This document shows, piece by piece, positions 19,626-28,486 of a DNA stretch of 64,000 nt. Origin of the DNA: a virus. Taxonomy: Duplodnaviria > Caudoviricetes. The stretch covers positions 1 to 64,000 of the IMG/VR virus record IMGVR_UViG_3300025678_000009; one strand, given 5' to 3'. The notes under the pieces were generated by a model that was not told the origin of the DNA, did no database searches, and was given only the letters and a program-made list of their open reading frames with translations. A program made the position numbers and the translations under genes. Positions within the stretch are counted from its first letter, which is position 1. Every line of letters starts with the position of its first letter.

Positions 19626-20079
19626 AATTATCTTTTATTTCATTACATTTTTGATATAAATCTTTCCATTTACCTATTCTAGTGTTTATATTTTTCTTAC
19701 TTGTAGGTGCATTTCTTTCATCATAACCTTCCAGATATTTTAATACGTCTTCAAAATGATTTATTTTTTGTTCAATTAAAAATTGAAGTTGTGTCACTTT
19801 TTGAATAAGTATTTGATAATCAATTCTTTCATCTGGTAAAAAAGTATGGTCTGAAAATTTTAACAGATTATCCACTCTATTTTTTATTTCAAAATAATCA
19901 AATCCAAAATATAACAACCCTAAAAATTTAAAATATGGTTTAGAAGGATTAAATAAAAAATTATTCATTTCTTTTTCGTATGATGCCCATATTCTACCAA
20001 TATCAGATTTTGTATAACCTTTTTCTATTAGTTCTGGAAAATCATCTAATGTATCTTTAGCTATTTGTAGTGCTTGCAC
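19573..20079 (-). CDS. Hypothetical protein
   Basis: Intact ORF in the operon. Confidence 0.5.
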   Translation of the reverse strand: MQALQIAKDTLDDFPELIEKGYTKSDIGRIWASYEKEMNNFLFNPSKPYFKFLGLLYFGFDYFEIKNRVDNLLKFSDHTFLPDERIDYQILIQKVTQLQFLIEQKINHFEDVLKYLEGYDERNAPTSKKNINTRIGKWKDLYQKCNEIKDNYDKRIITRNLEKQSSDS

Positions 20080-20380
20080 GCAATTTTAAATTTAATTTTA
20101 TAGTTGTTTCACTACCTCTATCTAAAGGAGTTTTTAAATTTACAACATTTTCTTTTAAAATCCCTTCTTTTCTAAATTTAGATAAATGATTTTCAACACT
20201 TTGTAATGACTTGAAAATATTCCATTTAACTATTTCTTTCTTTATTTCTGGATTTAAACCTTTTAAATAAACAATACATAAAAGCTTTAGTTCATTATCT
20301 GAAAGGTTATCAAATTGTTGTTTTAACTGATATGTTAAAAACTCAATTGGTGTATCAAAGTATTTATCTATTTCTATCAT
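20057..20380 (-). CDS. Putative winged-helix DNA-binding protein
   Basis: LSDNELKLL...KSLQSVENHLSKFRKEGILKE pattern. Confidence 0.5.
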   Translation of the reverse strand: MIEIDKYFDTPIEFLTYQLKQQFDNLSDNELKLLCIVYLKGLNPEIKKEIVKWNIFKSLQSVENHLSKFRKEGILKENVVNLKTPLDRGSETTIKLNLKLRASTTNS

Positions 20381-20394
20381 CTCATTATAATATA

Positions 20395-20402
20395 CAAAGT
20401 TA
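20395..20402 (-). promoter_or_regulatory. Bacteroidota -7 promoter element (TAACTTTG)
   Basis: Exact TAnnTTTG 15 bp upstream of the 20380 start. Confidence 0.45.
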
Positions 20403-20410
20403 TTACTAAC

Positions 20411-21013
20411 TTACAAAGTTATTTCAAAAATATTTTTACAATCTTGCTGAAATTTTTTATCTTTTTTTAGTTTTAAAAATAATTCATTAATTCTTTTAGC
20501 TCCTAAAACCACATCAAATCCTTTCTCGACTAATTTCACTTCTTCTTTTGTTAGAAATTTTTTATAAACAGTCATTAGATGACTGAGATAATCTACAAAA
20601 TCTGCATAATCATTTAAATTAGGGTCAGTATATTTTGTAAAAGCTAAAGTATTTATAGGATGATTATAATTAGACAAATGGATTATAGCCAAAGATTGTC
20701 GCATTATTACAATGTTTTTAGGGTTAAGACCCAAAAGAAGTAGTATTGCATTAGAGGAAAATGACCCTGTTACTACATATTTATAATTTAAAGGTCTGTT
20801 AGATAAAAAATCATACAATATAGCAGCAACACAATTTTGTCCTCCTGGGCTATCTATATAAATTACTCCTGCGTAGTCTCCTATTATAGGTAAATACGCT
20901 CCTTCATCTGTATCTACAACTAAACTATTCTCATATTCTTCAATTTCTTCTATAAATTGCTGAATTTTACCCGACTCTCTGTTCATTTCAAAATCTAAAT
21001 AAAATGTCTTCAT
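20411..21013 (-). CDS. ClpP/crotonase-fold protease-like protein
   Basis: VIYIDSPGG...YDFL...VTGSFSSNAILLL...IIH matches the ClpP pattern, with a divergent nucleophile region. Confidence 0.6.
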   Translation of the reverse strand: MKTFYLDFEMNRESGKIQQFIEEIEEYENSLVVDTDEGAYLPIIGDYAGVIYIDSPGGQNCVAAILYDFLSNRPLNYKYVVTGSFSSNAILLLLGLNPKNIVIMRQSLAIIHLSNYNHPINTLAFTKYTDPNLNDYADFVDYLSHLMTVYKKFLTKEEVKLVEKGFDVVLGAKRINELFLKLKKDKKFQQDCKNIFEITL

Positions 21014-21264
21014 AAGTTAAAAATTCTTTTTATTTCTTCAATATAAAATAAGTAATCTTTGTTATTTTCTTTGGTCTTTAAATATTCAAAAGCACTGTTT
21101 ACATTTTTAAAATCAGAATGAGTAAAGTTAAGTATTTTATCTTTAGGGATAGCTACCTGTTTTACAACTTCCCCATCGTCTTCTAAAAGTTTAATTATTA
21201 AAGCACCTTGTCCAAAAGAACTTCTATAATGGTCTACATTTGCTAACAATTTTTGTATACGCAT
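21010..21264 (-). CDS. Hypothetical protein
   Basis: First gene of the leftward block. Confidence 0.5.
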   Translation of the reverse strand: MRIQKLLANVDHYRSSFGQGALIIKLLEDDGEVVKQVAIPKDKILNFTHSDFKNVNSAFEYLKTKENNKDYLFYIEEIKRIFNL

Positions 21265-21346
21265 ATTTTATTTTTTTATAAAGGTAATAACTTTTTAAGT
21301 TATTGCAGTATTAATAAAACGTTAACAGTAAAATAGTTAAATTATA

Positions 21347-21976
21347 TTGATGAAGATGAATAACGTTTTAAGATTTATAGAAGACCTTGAAAACAAGTGT
21401 AAACAGTATAATATAAAATTATTTTTATATGATTTAAAATATATAGAAAGCGAAGGTGATAAATTTGGAGGTTGGTTTGACCCCGATAATAAAGAATTAC
21501 ATTGTGCATTTCCTGATAAAATACAAACTAAATATGTAGAAGTTTTAATACATGAGAGTTGTCATATGGATCAATGGATAGAAAATACTAAATACTGGTC
21601 TATAGAAAGGGAAAATAATTCTCTTGATGAATTTTGGAAAATATTAAAAGGAATAAAAGTAAAAAATCTAAAATTTCATTTAAGAAATGTTCAAATGATG
21701 GAAGCAGAATGTGAAAAAATGGCTATTGAAAAAATAAAATTTTATGACTTAGGTATAGATATTAATAAATATACTCAAAAAGCAAATTCTTACTTATTAT
21801 TTTATACCCTCCTAATAGAAACTAAAAAGTGGACAGATTATCCTCCTTATAAATATGGAGTAATTTGGAGAAAAATGCCAATTAAAATATTATCTAAATT
21901 TCACCTAAATGATGATTTAAAATCACTTTATTTAAATAAATGCTATAAAAAGAAAAGTTTAAAAAACCTCCCCTAA
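21347..21976 (+). CDS. Putative zinc metallopeptidase-like protein (HExxH)
   Basis: VLIHESCHMDQW followed by MEAECE. Confidence 0.6.
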   Translation: MMKMNNVLRFIEDLENKCKQYNIKLFLYDLKYIESEGDKFGGWFDPDNKELHCAFPDKIQTKYVEVLIHESCHMDQWIENTKYWSIERENNSLDEFWKILKGIKVKNLKFHLRNVQMMEAECEKMAIEKIKFYDLGIDINKYTQKANSYLLFYTLLIETKKWTDYPPYKYGVIWRKMPIKILSKFHLNDDLKSLYLNKCYKKKSLKNLP

Positions 21977-21999
21977 AACTAGCATTAATAGGGGAGGTT
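21961..21999 (-). terminator. Intrinsic terminator oriented for leftward transcription
   Basis: AACCTCCCCT/AGGGGAGGTT 10-bp stem; T-run only on the minus strand. Confidence 0.7.
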
Positions 22000-22314
22000 A
22001 GTGTAACTTCTAAAGTGCCTAGAAGTTTTTTTGACCTGTAGGTCATTAATATGATGCAAAAATACAATATCTTCCTATATAGCTCGTTAAGCTATTGTTA
22101 ATTCTAAGTTAAACTTCCGATTATCAGGGTATCCAATATCCCACTAGCATTAGAAACATAGGCAAGCAAATAACCTTTATAAAAACCCAAAGTGCATTTT
22201 CAAGATGACAGGAATAATCCTCACTCTACTAATCCACTTTTAGAATCTCCTGTCGCTACGTCTGTATTATACATTAGGCTAGTACTAACTTCAGTGGTGC
22301 TACCAGGGTGCTTC
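21961..22314 (-). ncRNA. Candidate ~350-nt non-coding RNA
   Basis: Bounded by a perfect promoter (22321-22351) and a minus-strand terminator; no ORF in the track; internal stems such as GACAGGA/TCCTGTC. Confidence 0.4.
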
Positions 22315-22320
22315 ATTTCA

Positions 22321-22351
22321 CAAAGATATGAATTAGAATTAGGATTCCAAA
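22321..22351 (-). promoter_or_regulatory. Bacteroidota sigma-A promoter (TTTG-N19-TATCTTTG)
   Basis: Exact -33/-7 consensus with 19-nt spacing; a second -7 box (TATTTTTG) at 22057-22064. Confidence 0.65.
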
Positions 22352-22680
22352 TTAAGTTTATGTAAATTAAATTGATGAGAAAGATAAAAATAATATTAGA
22401 GGTAATAACATATATAGCAATATTGTTCCTGATATGGCTATTATTAATCTTTGACCCTCATACTGTTCAACACTAAACTTTCTCTTATTGCGAAATATAA
22501 AAATTTTTTATTTTCAAAATTTTTATTGTGAATTTCTATGTTAAAAAATTTTTATTTTTTTTTCAAATTTTGATGTTGTAGCTCATATTTACTGACCCAA
22601 CGCCAAGAAAGATACCCCTCCTTCATTTTAGCGGGGGATAACCTCCATTGATTTATTATTCATCTTAAAAATTTACAGAC

Positions 22681-23022
22681 ATGCAAAAATTAACATTTGA
22701 CAAATCGGCTAAAACCATCGAAAGAACGCATTCCATTACAGGTAAAGTTCTCTATGCTGAAGATTACACTGCAAGCAACAACGTTCCTGGTGTATCTATC
22801 CAGTTGGAAGGTTGTCCTTATAACCTTAGAGTTCTGAAGGGTTCTATTAAGGGTGCAGGCAATGCTTCCACAGTTTTGGGTTGTACAGTTACCTTGACAG
22901 GTATCATGCGTGAATATAACGGTAAGCAGTATTTCAATCCAAAAGACCTTACTGTTGACAAGAAATCAGGTATTGCGACCATTGCAGGTGCAGGTGTTGC
23001 TTATGCAGGTAGTTTAGATTAA
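22681..23022 (+). CDS. Putative OB-fold nucleic-acid-binding early protein
   Basis: Beta-rich with VTLTGIMREYNGKQYFNP; biased codons; followed by a terminator. Confidence 0.5.
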   Translation: MQKLTFDKSAKTIERTHSITGKVLYAEDYTASNNVPGVSIQLEGCPYNLRVLKGSIKGAGNASTVLGCTVTLTGIMREYNGKQYFNPKDLTVDKKSGIATIAGAGVAYAGSLD

Positions 23023-23060
23023 TTGCTTGCTTGTTTGGCTTGTCGCATGGTTTTCATATC

Positions 23061-23106
23061 AGACACTGCACATCCTTAATTGGGTGTGTGGTGTTTTTCT
23101 TTTTTT
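23061..23106 (+). terminator. Intrinsic terminator
   Basis: AGACACTGCACATCC...GGGTGTGTGGTGTTT stem followed by a T-run. Confidence 0.6.
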
Positions 23107-23129
23107 CTAAATCTCTCTAAATCAATATT

Positions 23130-23420
23130 ATGAAAAAAGTACTCTTTAAAACCATTGACGAAGTAAGAACTGTAGTAGAACTCTTCAAAGAATATGTTGT
23201 AGACAATTTTTATTCTATAAAGGATAAAATGTTTGTAGTCATCTTTAAGAATACTATTGTAGACTGTTTGATTGAAACAGGATTTGAACCAGAAGATTTC
23301 AAACCTGTATTTGTTTCTTCTATCAGAGAAGTAGAACGTATTAGAGACCTTTTAGGAAATCCTGAGAGTTTCTATTATAGATACTTTCAAATGAAGAAAC
23401 AATACCTTGTTAACTGTTAA
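23130..23420 (+). CDS. Hypothetical early protein
   Basis: ORF track; A-rich start context. Confidence 0.55.
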   Translation: MKKVLFKTIDEVRTVVELFKEYVVDNFYSIKDKMFVVIFKNTIVDCLIETGFEPEDFKPVFVSSIREVERIRDLLGNPESFYYRYFQMKKQYLVNC

Positions 23421-23629
23421 AGCTAAAGCCATAGTCATAACGAATTGACAACCATTTGGTTATTCTCATCGTAGGGAATTATGGCTCTAAATGTGAAATT
23501 CATTACTTGGGCTCATCCAAACCGTTATAGTCGGATTTATTTTTTTAACTTTCTAAATAGAGTAAACTACAAATCAGGAGTTCAACACTACCTATAATAA
23601 AGTGTGTTGTAAAATTAAATGCTAAAACT

Positions 23630-23932
23630 ATGACACAAATAACACCTTTTCTTAAACATGGTATATTAGGTAGAGAATGTGGTTTTATCATACCTGTAAC
23701 AAGTGAAGACCCTTCACTTATGGTATTAGAAACTAAACCTGGATCTAAAAAGTGGGGAATAGCTATCTTTATTGGTACTGAAATAGTTCAAGAAAATTGT
23801 ATTGGTATAATCAACGATGATAACTATTTAGAAGTTCATAAAGATGTTTTGAATATGCCTGTTACTAATCGCGAAGGCAAACTGTTAGGTTCGGTTTGGA
23901 ATAGATTAGAAAATAGAATAAAAACTAAATAA
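23630..23932 (+). CDS. Hypothetical early protein
   Basis: ORF track; A-rich start context. Confidence 0.55.
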   Translation: MTQITPFLKHGILGRECGFIIPVTSEDPSLMVLETKPGSKKWGIAIFIGTEIVQENCIGIINDDNYLEVHKDVLNMPVTNREGKLLGSVWNRLENRIKTK

Positions 23933-24025
23933 AATACTTCAGTTGTAGGTAATCTATAAACCTTCATTTTTTTTATTCATCTACTTAAAATCCAACTGAC
24001 AAATTATAATAATATACAAATAATT

Positions 24026-24268
24026 ATGGCAACAGAATTAAAAACATTAAAAGGTAAAATAGAAATACCTTTAAAAAATGGTACAATGACATCTGATTAT
24101 AAAAATGTTGATGTATCACTTACAAGGTTTTGGGGAGGTAAAGAAAGAGGAGTAAGTTTACAAATTACATTTTTAAATGAAAATGGAAATTATTCTCATG
24201 TCCAATTAAATAATGAAAATGTAAAACAACTAATTGAAGAACTTAATCTTTACTTCAATGAAGGATAA
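24026..24268 (+). CDS. Hypothetical early protein
   Basis: VSLTRFWGGKERGVSLQIT motif; A-rich start. Confidence 0.55.
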   Translation: MATELKTLKGKIEIPLKNGTMTSDYKNVDVSLTRFWGGKERGVSLQITFLNENGNYSHVQLNNENVKQLIEELNLYFNEG

Positions 24269-24287
24269 CTCACCTGTTTATTGAAAA

Positions 24288-24527
24288 ATGCGTAATGGTA
24301 AATTAATATCTGTGGACGACATGGACGTAAATCACCTACGCAATGTGCTTAAAATGATTTTAAGGAATCGTGAAAAAGCAATACAAGCTAAACCTAAAGT
24401 TAAATTTAAACTTAATGGTGATATAGCTGAATTTTTTAATGAAGAACAAAATAATTCATTCCAAAATGATTATTATGAATCTGCATTAGAAGTTGGTATA
24501 ACTGATATTGAAACAGGAATACTATAA
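24288..24527 (+). CDS. Hypothetical early protein
   Basis: ISVDDMDVNHLRNVLKMI motif, common in small phage proteins. Confidence 0.55.
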   Translation: MRNGKLISVDDMDVNHLRNVLKMILRNREKAIQAKPKVKFKLNGDIAEFFNEEQNNSFQNDYYESALEVGITDIETGIL

Positions 24528-24782
24528 ATTATCCCAATGCACTTAACCTGATAAAGGTGAGCAGTTGTAAATAGTAGACACACCACGACACAGAGATAAT
24601 ATCAAAGAAAACAGCACAGCAATGTGTAATCGTTTATGGTTTGAAGTAATGTTTATTTACAACTGAGTGTAGAGGGGAAACAATATTAATTGGAGCACTG
24701 AATAGTAGTATTTGGTGCTTCTTTTAATATTAACAAACTGTTAAATACATATCTTATACTTGTATGGTCATAACAATGGTTG

Positions 24783-24890
24783 TATATTTGTATGAGATAG
24801 TAGCAGTATCTAACAAGTCTCAAGGAACTTATTTATTCTAAATATGTTTATAGCCCAGGATTACTGCTACTAATCTTGGGCTATTTTTTT
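24783..24890 (+). ncRNA. Candidate small RNA (promoter plus terminator, no ORF)
   Basis: TATATTTG -7 box at 24783-24790; 14-bp terminator stem 24850-24884 with T-run. Confidence 0.4.
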
Positions 24891-25182
24891 GTTCAAGTGC
24901 CTATAAAGAACATAAGGCTAACAATCTTCTAATAGATGTATGTGCTGATATACATTATTATGCCTGAATCTTTACCATTTTCCAAGCCACCAATTCAGAC
25001 TTCATAATAATGGGAGTGTTAGAACTCTTAATAACGTAGTTAGTATTAAAGTGGTGGGGTGGCATTCACATTTTCTTAACATTGAAAAAGTTTTACATTA
25101 TACGGAAAACAACTTTTTGACCTTTTTTAGGGTTGAATTTAACATATTTGTAAACTAATTGTAAACTTAAAATAAACTTAGT

Positions 25183-25374
25183 ATGAAAGTAATAGAATTT
25201 TTGGGGAGATTATCCCTGTGCCTATTAATATTAATAGCTTTTGAAGGGTTAATAACTCTTGGATTAGCATTTGAGATAGATAAATACACATGGATTGCTT
25301 GGTTATCACAAGTATTATTAGTGATAGTTTGTGTTTGGTGTGCTTGTAAATGGTTTGAAGATGGTTTTTATTAA
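25183..25374 (+). CDS. Small membrane protein (two TM helices)
   Basis: Two hydrophobic segments. Confidence 0.5.
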   Translation: MKVIEFLGRLSLCLLILIAFEGLITLGLAFEIDKYTWIAWLSQVLLVIVCVWCACKWFEDGFY

Positions 25375-25781
25375 CGAATTTGCAAAAAAAAGTGGCATTT
25401 TATTGCAAAAAATGTAAAAAAAGAGGTGTTTTTATGACAAAATCACATACATAAGACATCAAAACCATTCAAAAACAAGCCATTTTACCTCATTTTTTGA
25501 AAAAACCAACAGATAGTAAAACATAAAAAGAGTTTTATGTTAATATGAAAGTTTGATGTAATGTCAGACTTTTTCTTATTATACAAAGAGAGGAAGAAGC
25601 CATATAACTATACTCGACCGCAAGCAGAACACCGACCAACCTGTGCGAGTGTTATACTTCCTCTTTTCTTTGTATAATCAAACACGAAAATAATCTGATG
25701 ATAACTATCTATACTACAGCAAGTGTCATACTGCAAATGTAAATGATAGTGAATTAAGTGTGTCTAAATAAAAGTTTGAAT

Positions 25782-25988
25782 ATGAAAAAGGGATTAGCTA
25801 AAAATTCTTTAATTGGTAAAAAAGGAGAAAGTGATTATAAAGCTAAATTGAAAAATGAAGATGTTTTAAAAATAAAAAAACTATTATCTCAAAATGTTAA
25901 ACAAACAGATATTGCTAAAATGTTTAATGTTAGTAAAATGACTATTAGTAATATTAAAAATAATAAAAGTTGGAGTGATTATCAGTAA
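25782..25988 (+). CDS. Small HTH protein resembling the DNA-binding end of HNH homing endonucleases
   Basis: KGESDYKAKLKNEDVLKIK...KQTDIAKMFNVSKMTISNIKNNKSW; ATG at 25782. Confidence 0.65.
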   Translation: MKKGLAKNSLIGKKGESDYKAKLKNEDVLKIKKLLSQNVKQTDIAKMFNVSKMTISNIKNNKSWSDYQ

Positions 25989-26006
25989 CAAATTAAAAAC
26001 AAAATC

Positions 26007-26267
26007 ATGAGTAATTTACAAAGATTAACTAATTTAAGTTATGATATAGAATGTTGGTTAAGAAAACAAGATTTAAAATCTAATACAGTATTTGTGTCAA
26101 AGTTAACTGCCGAATTTCTTAAATCTAAAAAATTACCATATAGTAATTATAATCCTAAATATAAAGGATTATTCACAGCTAATATTGCTAATGCAGAATT
26201 AGTTCAAGAACACTTTAAAGAATTTCAAGCATTTGTAATAGAAAAATATAAAAATACAAGTACTTAA
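26007..26267 (+). CDS. Hypothetical early protein
   Basis: ORF track. Confidence 0.5.
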   Translation: MSNLQRLTNLSYDIECWLRKQDLKSNTVFVSKLTAEFLKSKKLPYSNYNPKYKGLFTANIANAELVQEHFKEFQAFVIEKYKNTST

Positions 26268-26425
26268 TAGTTTAAAGAGTGGACTTATGTTGTTGAATGT
26301 AAAACCAACAAGTGTATGTTAACAGTTTATTGGTTAACTTAAGCTAAATAGGAATATCAACAAAGTTATTAAGGTTGAAGCCGCTTGTATTTTTTTATTA
26401 TTAAATAAATTAAACAATAAACAAA

Positions 26426-26656
26426 ATGGAACAGAAAACAAATGAAACTGTATCAACAAGACGACTAGCATTAAAATGGTGGAGTGATGAATCAAATTTA
26501 TTAAATAGAACTGCTTTATTTAATAGATATTTCTCTAATACAGCAACAAAAGATAAAATGTTTACTGTAGCAAATAACTATAAAGAATTAACAGGTAGAG
26601 AAATTGAAGAAATTTACAACAAAGAAGTTCTTGAACCAAAAAGACAAAAACAATGA
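26426..26656 (+). CDS. Hypothetical early protein
   Basis: ORF track; LTGREIEEIY motif. Confidence 0.5.
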   Translation: MEQKTNETVSTRRLALKWWSDESNLLNRTALFNRYFSNTATKDKMFTVANNYKELTGREIEEIYNKEVLEPKRQKQ

Positions 26657-26982
26657 AAAAATTACTAATTTTGTTAGTTACAATTATTTTTGTAGCTTGC
26701 AATAAAGAAAACGTAAATCCTAATAGTGTTTCAGATGAAAAGAACATCTATGGAAAATGGTATGTTAATAACCCTTCAGTATGGGTTATGAATATATCTA
26801 CTACAAGAATTACTTATACTAATGGAGCAGTTAAAGAAATTATTAGTATAGATGATACAGCAGTCTGGATAAAGAATCCAGGAACTTATCCTGGATATGT
26901 ACATTGGGTATATAGATTATCTATAGATGGAGATACACTTGAATTTAAAAATAGAAGCACTCTTATTAAATTTAAGTTATGA
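26653..26982 (+). CDS. Predicted lipoprotein
   Basis: MKKLLILLVTIIFVA-C lipobox; IYGKWY beta-barrel-like start. Confidence 0.65.
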   Translation: MKKLLILLVTIIFVACNKENVNPNSVSDEKNIYGKWYVNNPSVWVMNISTTRITYTNGAVKEIISIDDTAVWIKNPGTYPGYVHWVYRLSIDGDTLEFKNRSTLIKFKL

Positions 26983-27159
26983 GTATAAAAAATATTAAAG
27001 AATTAATTCTGTACACAACAGAATTAATAGGCTTGTTTTTATTAGCTTATTTATCAAATTAACAATTGTAGAAGCCCTGATTGAGCAAAAACTAAATAGA
27101 TTTCTATCTATAGGAGTATACTGGTTCATCAGGGTTTTTTTTTATTTAAAATCTTGAAT

Positions 27160-27345
27160 ATGGAATTACCAATACTTAAACCTATAAAATACATAAATGT
27201 ACCAGGACATAAATCTACTATTGAATATGGTAGATATTTAGTTGTTCGTAAGGATGGTAAAAAACATCTTGAAACTTTCAATGGTACAGGATGAGCATAT
27301 AATAATAATTCTATTGTTGCATATTATTTACCTAAAATTGATTAA
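27160..27345 (+). pseudogene. 61-codon ORF with in-frame TGA at 27292-27294
   Basis: MELPILKPIKYINVPGHKSTIEYGRYLVVRKDGKKHLETFNGTG*AYNNNSIVAYYLPKID; ends 3 bp before the next gene. Confidence 0.55.
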
Positions 27346-27348
27346 ATT

Positions 27349-27684
27349 ATGGAAAAACTATTGTTATTAATCTTATTAATACCTATTTTTGGGTATGGTA
27401 GAAATTTGAAAATATCAAAACAGATAGGTTTTGATGGAAAAAGTATTATCTATAAAGATACTTCATTTATTATTGAATATGATTGCAATAAAATAAAAAT
27501 TGCCGATAAAGAATATTTAATCAAAAGAACTGTATCTGCTGACTTTGATAGTGAAATGGTCATAGATGAGTACTATAATAAAGATATTAAACTTATTTTA
27601 AAAATAGATGTAATGAATTCATCTATCTTACAAGTAGAAATATGGAAAAAACCATTTAATTACGTTCAAATATTTAGATTATGA
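27349..27684 (+). CDS. Predicted secreted protein
   Basis: N-terminal signal-like MEKLLLLILLIPIFGYG. Confidence 0.55.
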   Translation: MEKLLLLILLIPIFGYGRNLKISKQIGFDGKSIIYKDTSFIIEYDCNKIKIADKEYLIKRTVSADFDSEMVIDEYYNKDIKLILKIDVMNSSILQVEIWKKPFNYVQIFRL

Positions 27685-27866
27685 AAGTAACTTTTAAAAA
27701 AAACGGAAAGTATTCAATTATTTTAATTCCCGAAGATGACATTGAATCTGGGATATTAAAAAAGATAGCTGATGCCAATGAAGGTGTACAGTTAGTTACT
27801 GAACCTACAAGAATGATTGAAGAAACAATATCTATAGGTAGCGTAATTATAGCTGAGATGAAATAG
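27681..27866 (+). CDS. Hypothetical protein
   Basis: ATGA overlap with the upstream gene. Confidence 0.5.
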   Translation: MKVTFKKNGKYSIILIPEDDIESGILKKIADANEGVQLVTEPTRMIEETISIGSVIIAEMK

Positions 27867-27996
27867 TCATTTTTTTACTTAATGCTAAATTAAAAGCCCT
27901 TATTAATTTAAGAATACATTTAGCAGAGGTTTCTACCTCTATAAAAACAGAAAGGAAATTTTTATAAAAATAAACAAACTTTTAAAATTAAAAAAA

Positions 27997-28416
27997 ATGG
28001 AACAAATTAGTTTAAAACAATTATTTAAAAAAGGAGTATTTAATGCAGTAAGTGTATTGCGTGAAAATGAAAATGGTTATCCTTATGTAACTCTACTTCG
28101 TACAACTTCTAAAGGTACAGCATCACAAAATGTGTATTTTGGTCAGAAAACTGCCCAGATTGTATCTGATACATTTAATGTAGGAGATAAAATTGATTCA
28201 ATGTTAGCAGATGCGCAAGTAATCAAAACTAAAAATGCAGATAATGAAGTGAGATTTAAATTATCTACTAACCCTACTTCAGATTATGCTTCTGAACAAC
28301 AATTAGCTGATATTTTTGGAGTAGATGCTCCTGAAAATGATTTTGATACAGAAATGTTTCAAAAAGGATTTCAGGTTCGTGAATCAGTTCCTGTTGGAGC
28401 AGGAATGGCTGGATAG
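27997..28416 (+). CDS. Hypothetical protein, possibly an ssDNA-binding OB fold
   Basis: Beta-rich N-terminus (NENGYPYVTLL) with an acidic C-terminus; biased codons. Confidence 0.45.
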   Translation: MEQISLKQLFKKGVFNAVSVLRENENGYPYVTLLRTTSKGTASQNVYFGQKTAQIVSDTFNVGDKIDSMLADAQVIKTKNADNEVRFKLSTNPTSDYASEQQLADIFGVDAPENDFDTEMFQKGFQVRESVPVGAGMAG

Positions 28417-28486
28417 TTATCCACTGTTTATATAAACAAACGCCAGAGGTGAAATGACGTAAAAGCCTCTATTATTTTTTATTTGA

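Noticed and set aside
23429-23487. Imperfect hairpin GCCATA...TATGGC after ORF 23130
   Set aside because: Many mismatches and no promoter/terminator context; too weak to call an RNA element.
21300-27200. tRNA genes in the intergenic-rich early region
   Set aside because: No cloverleaf with a T-loop GTTCRA and acceptor stem was recognised by eye; tRNAscan-SE would be decisive.
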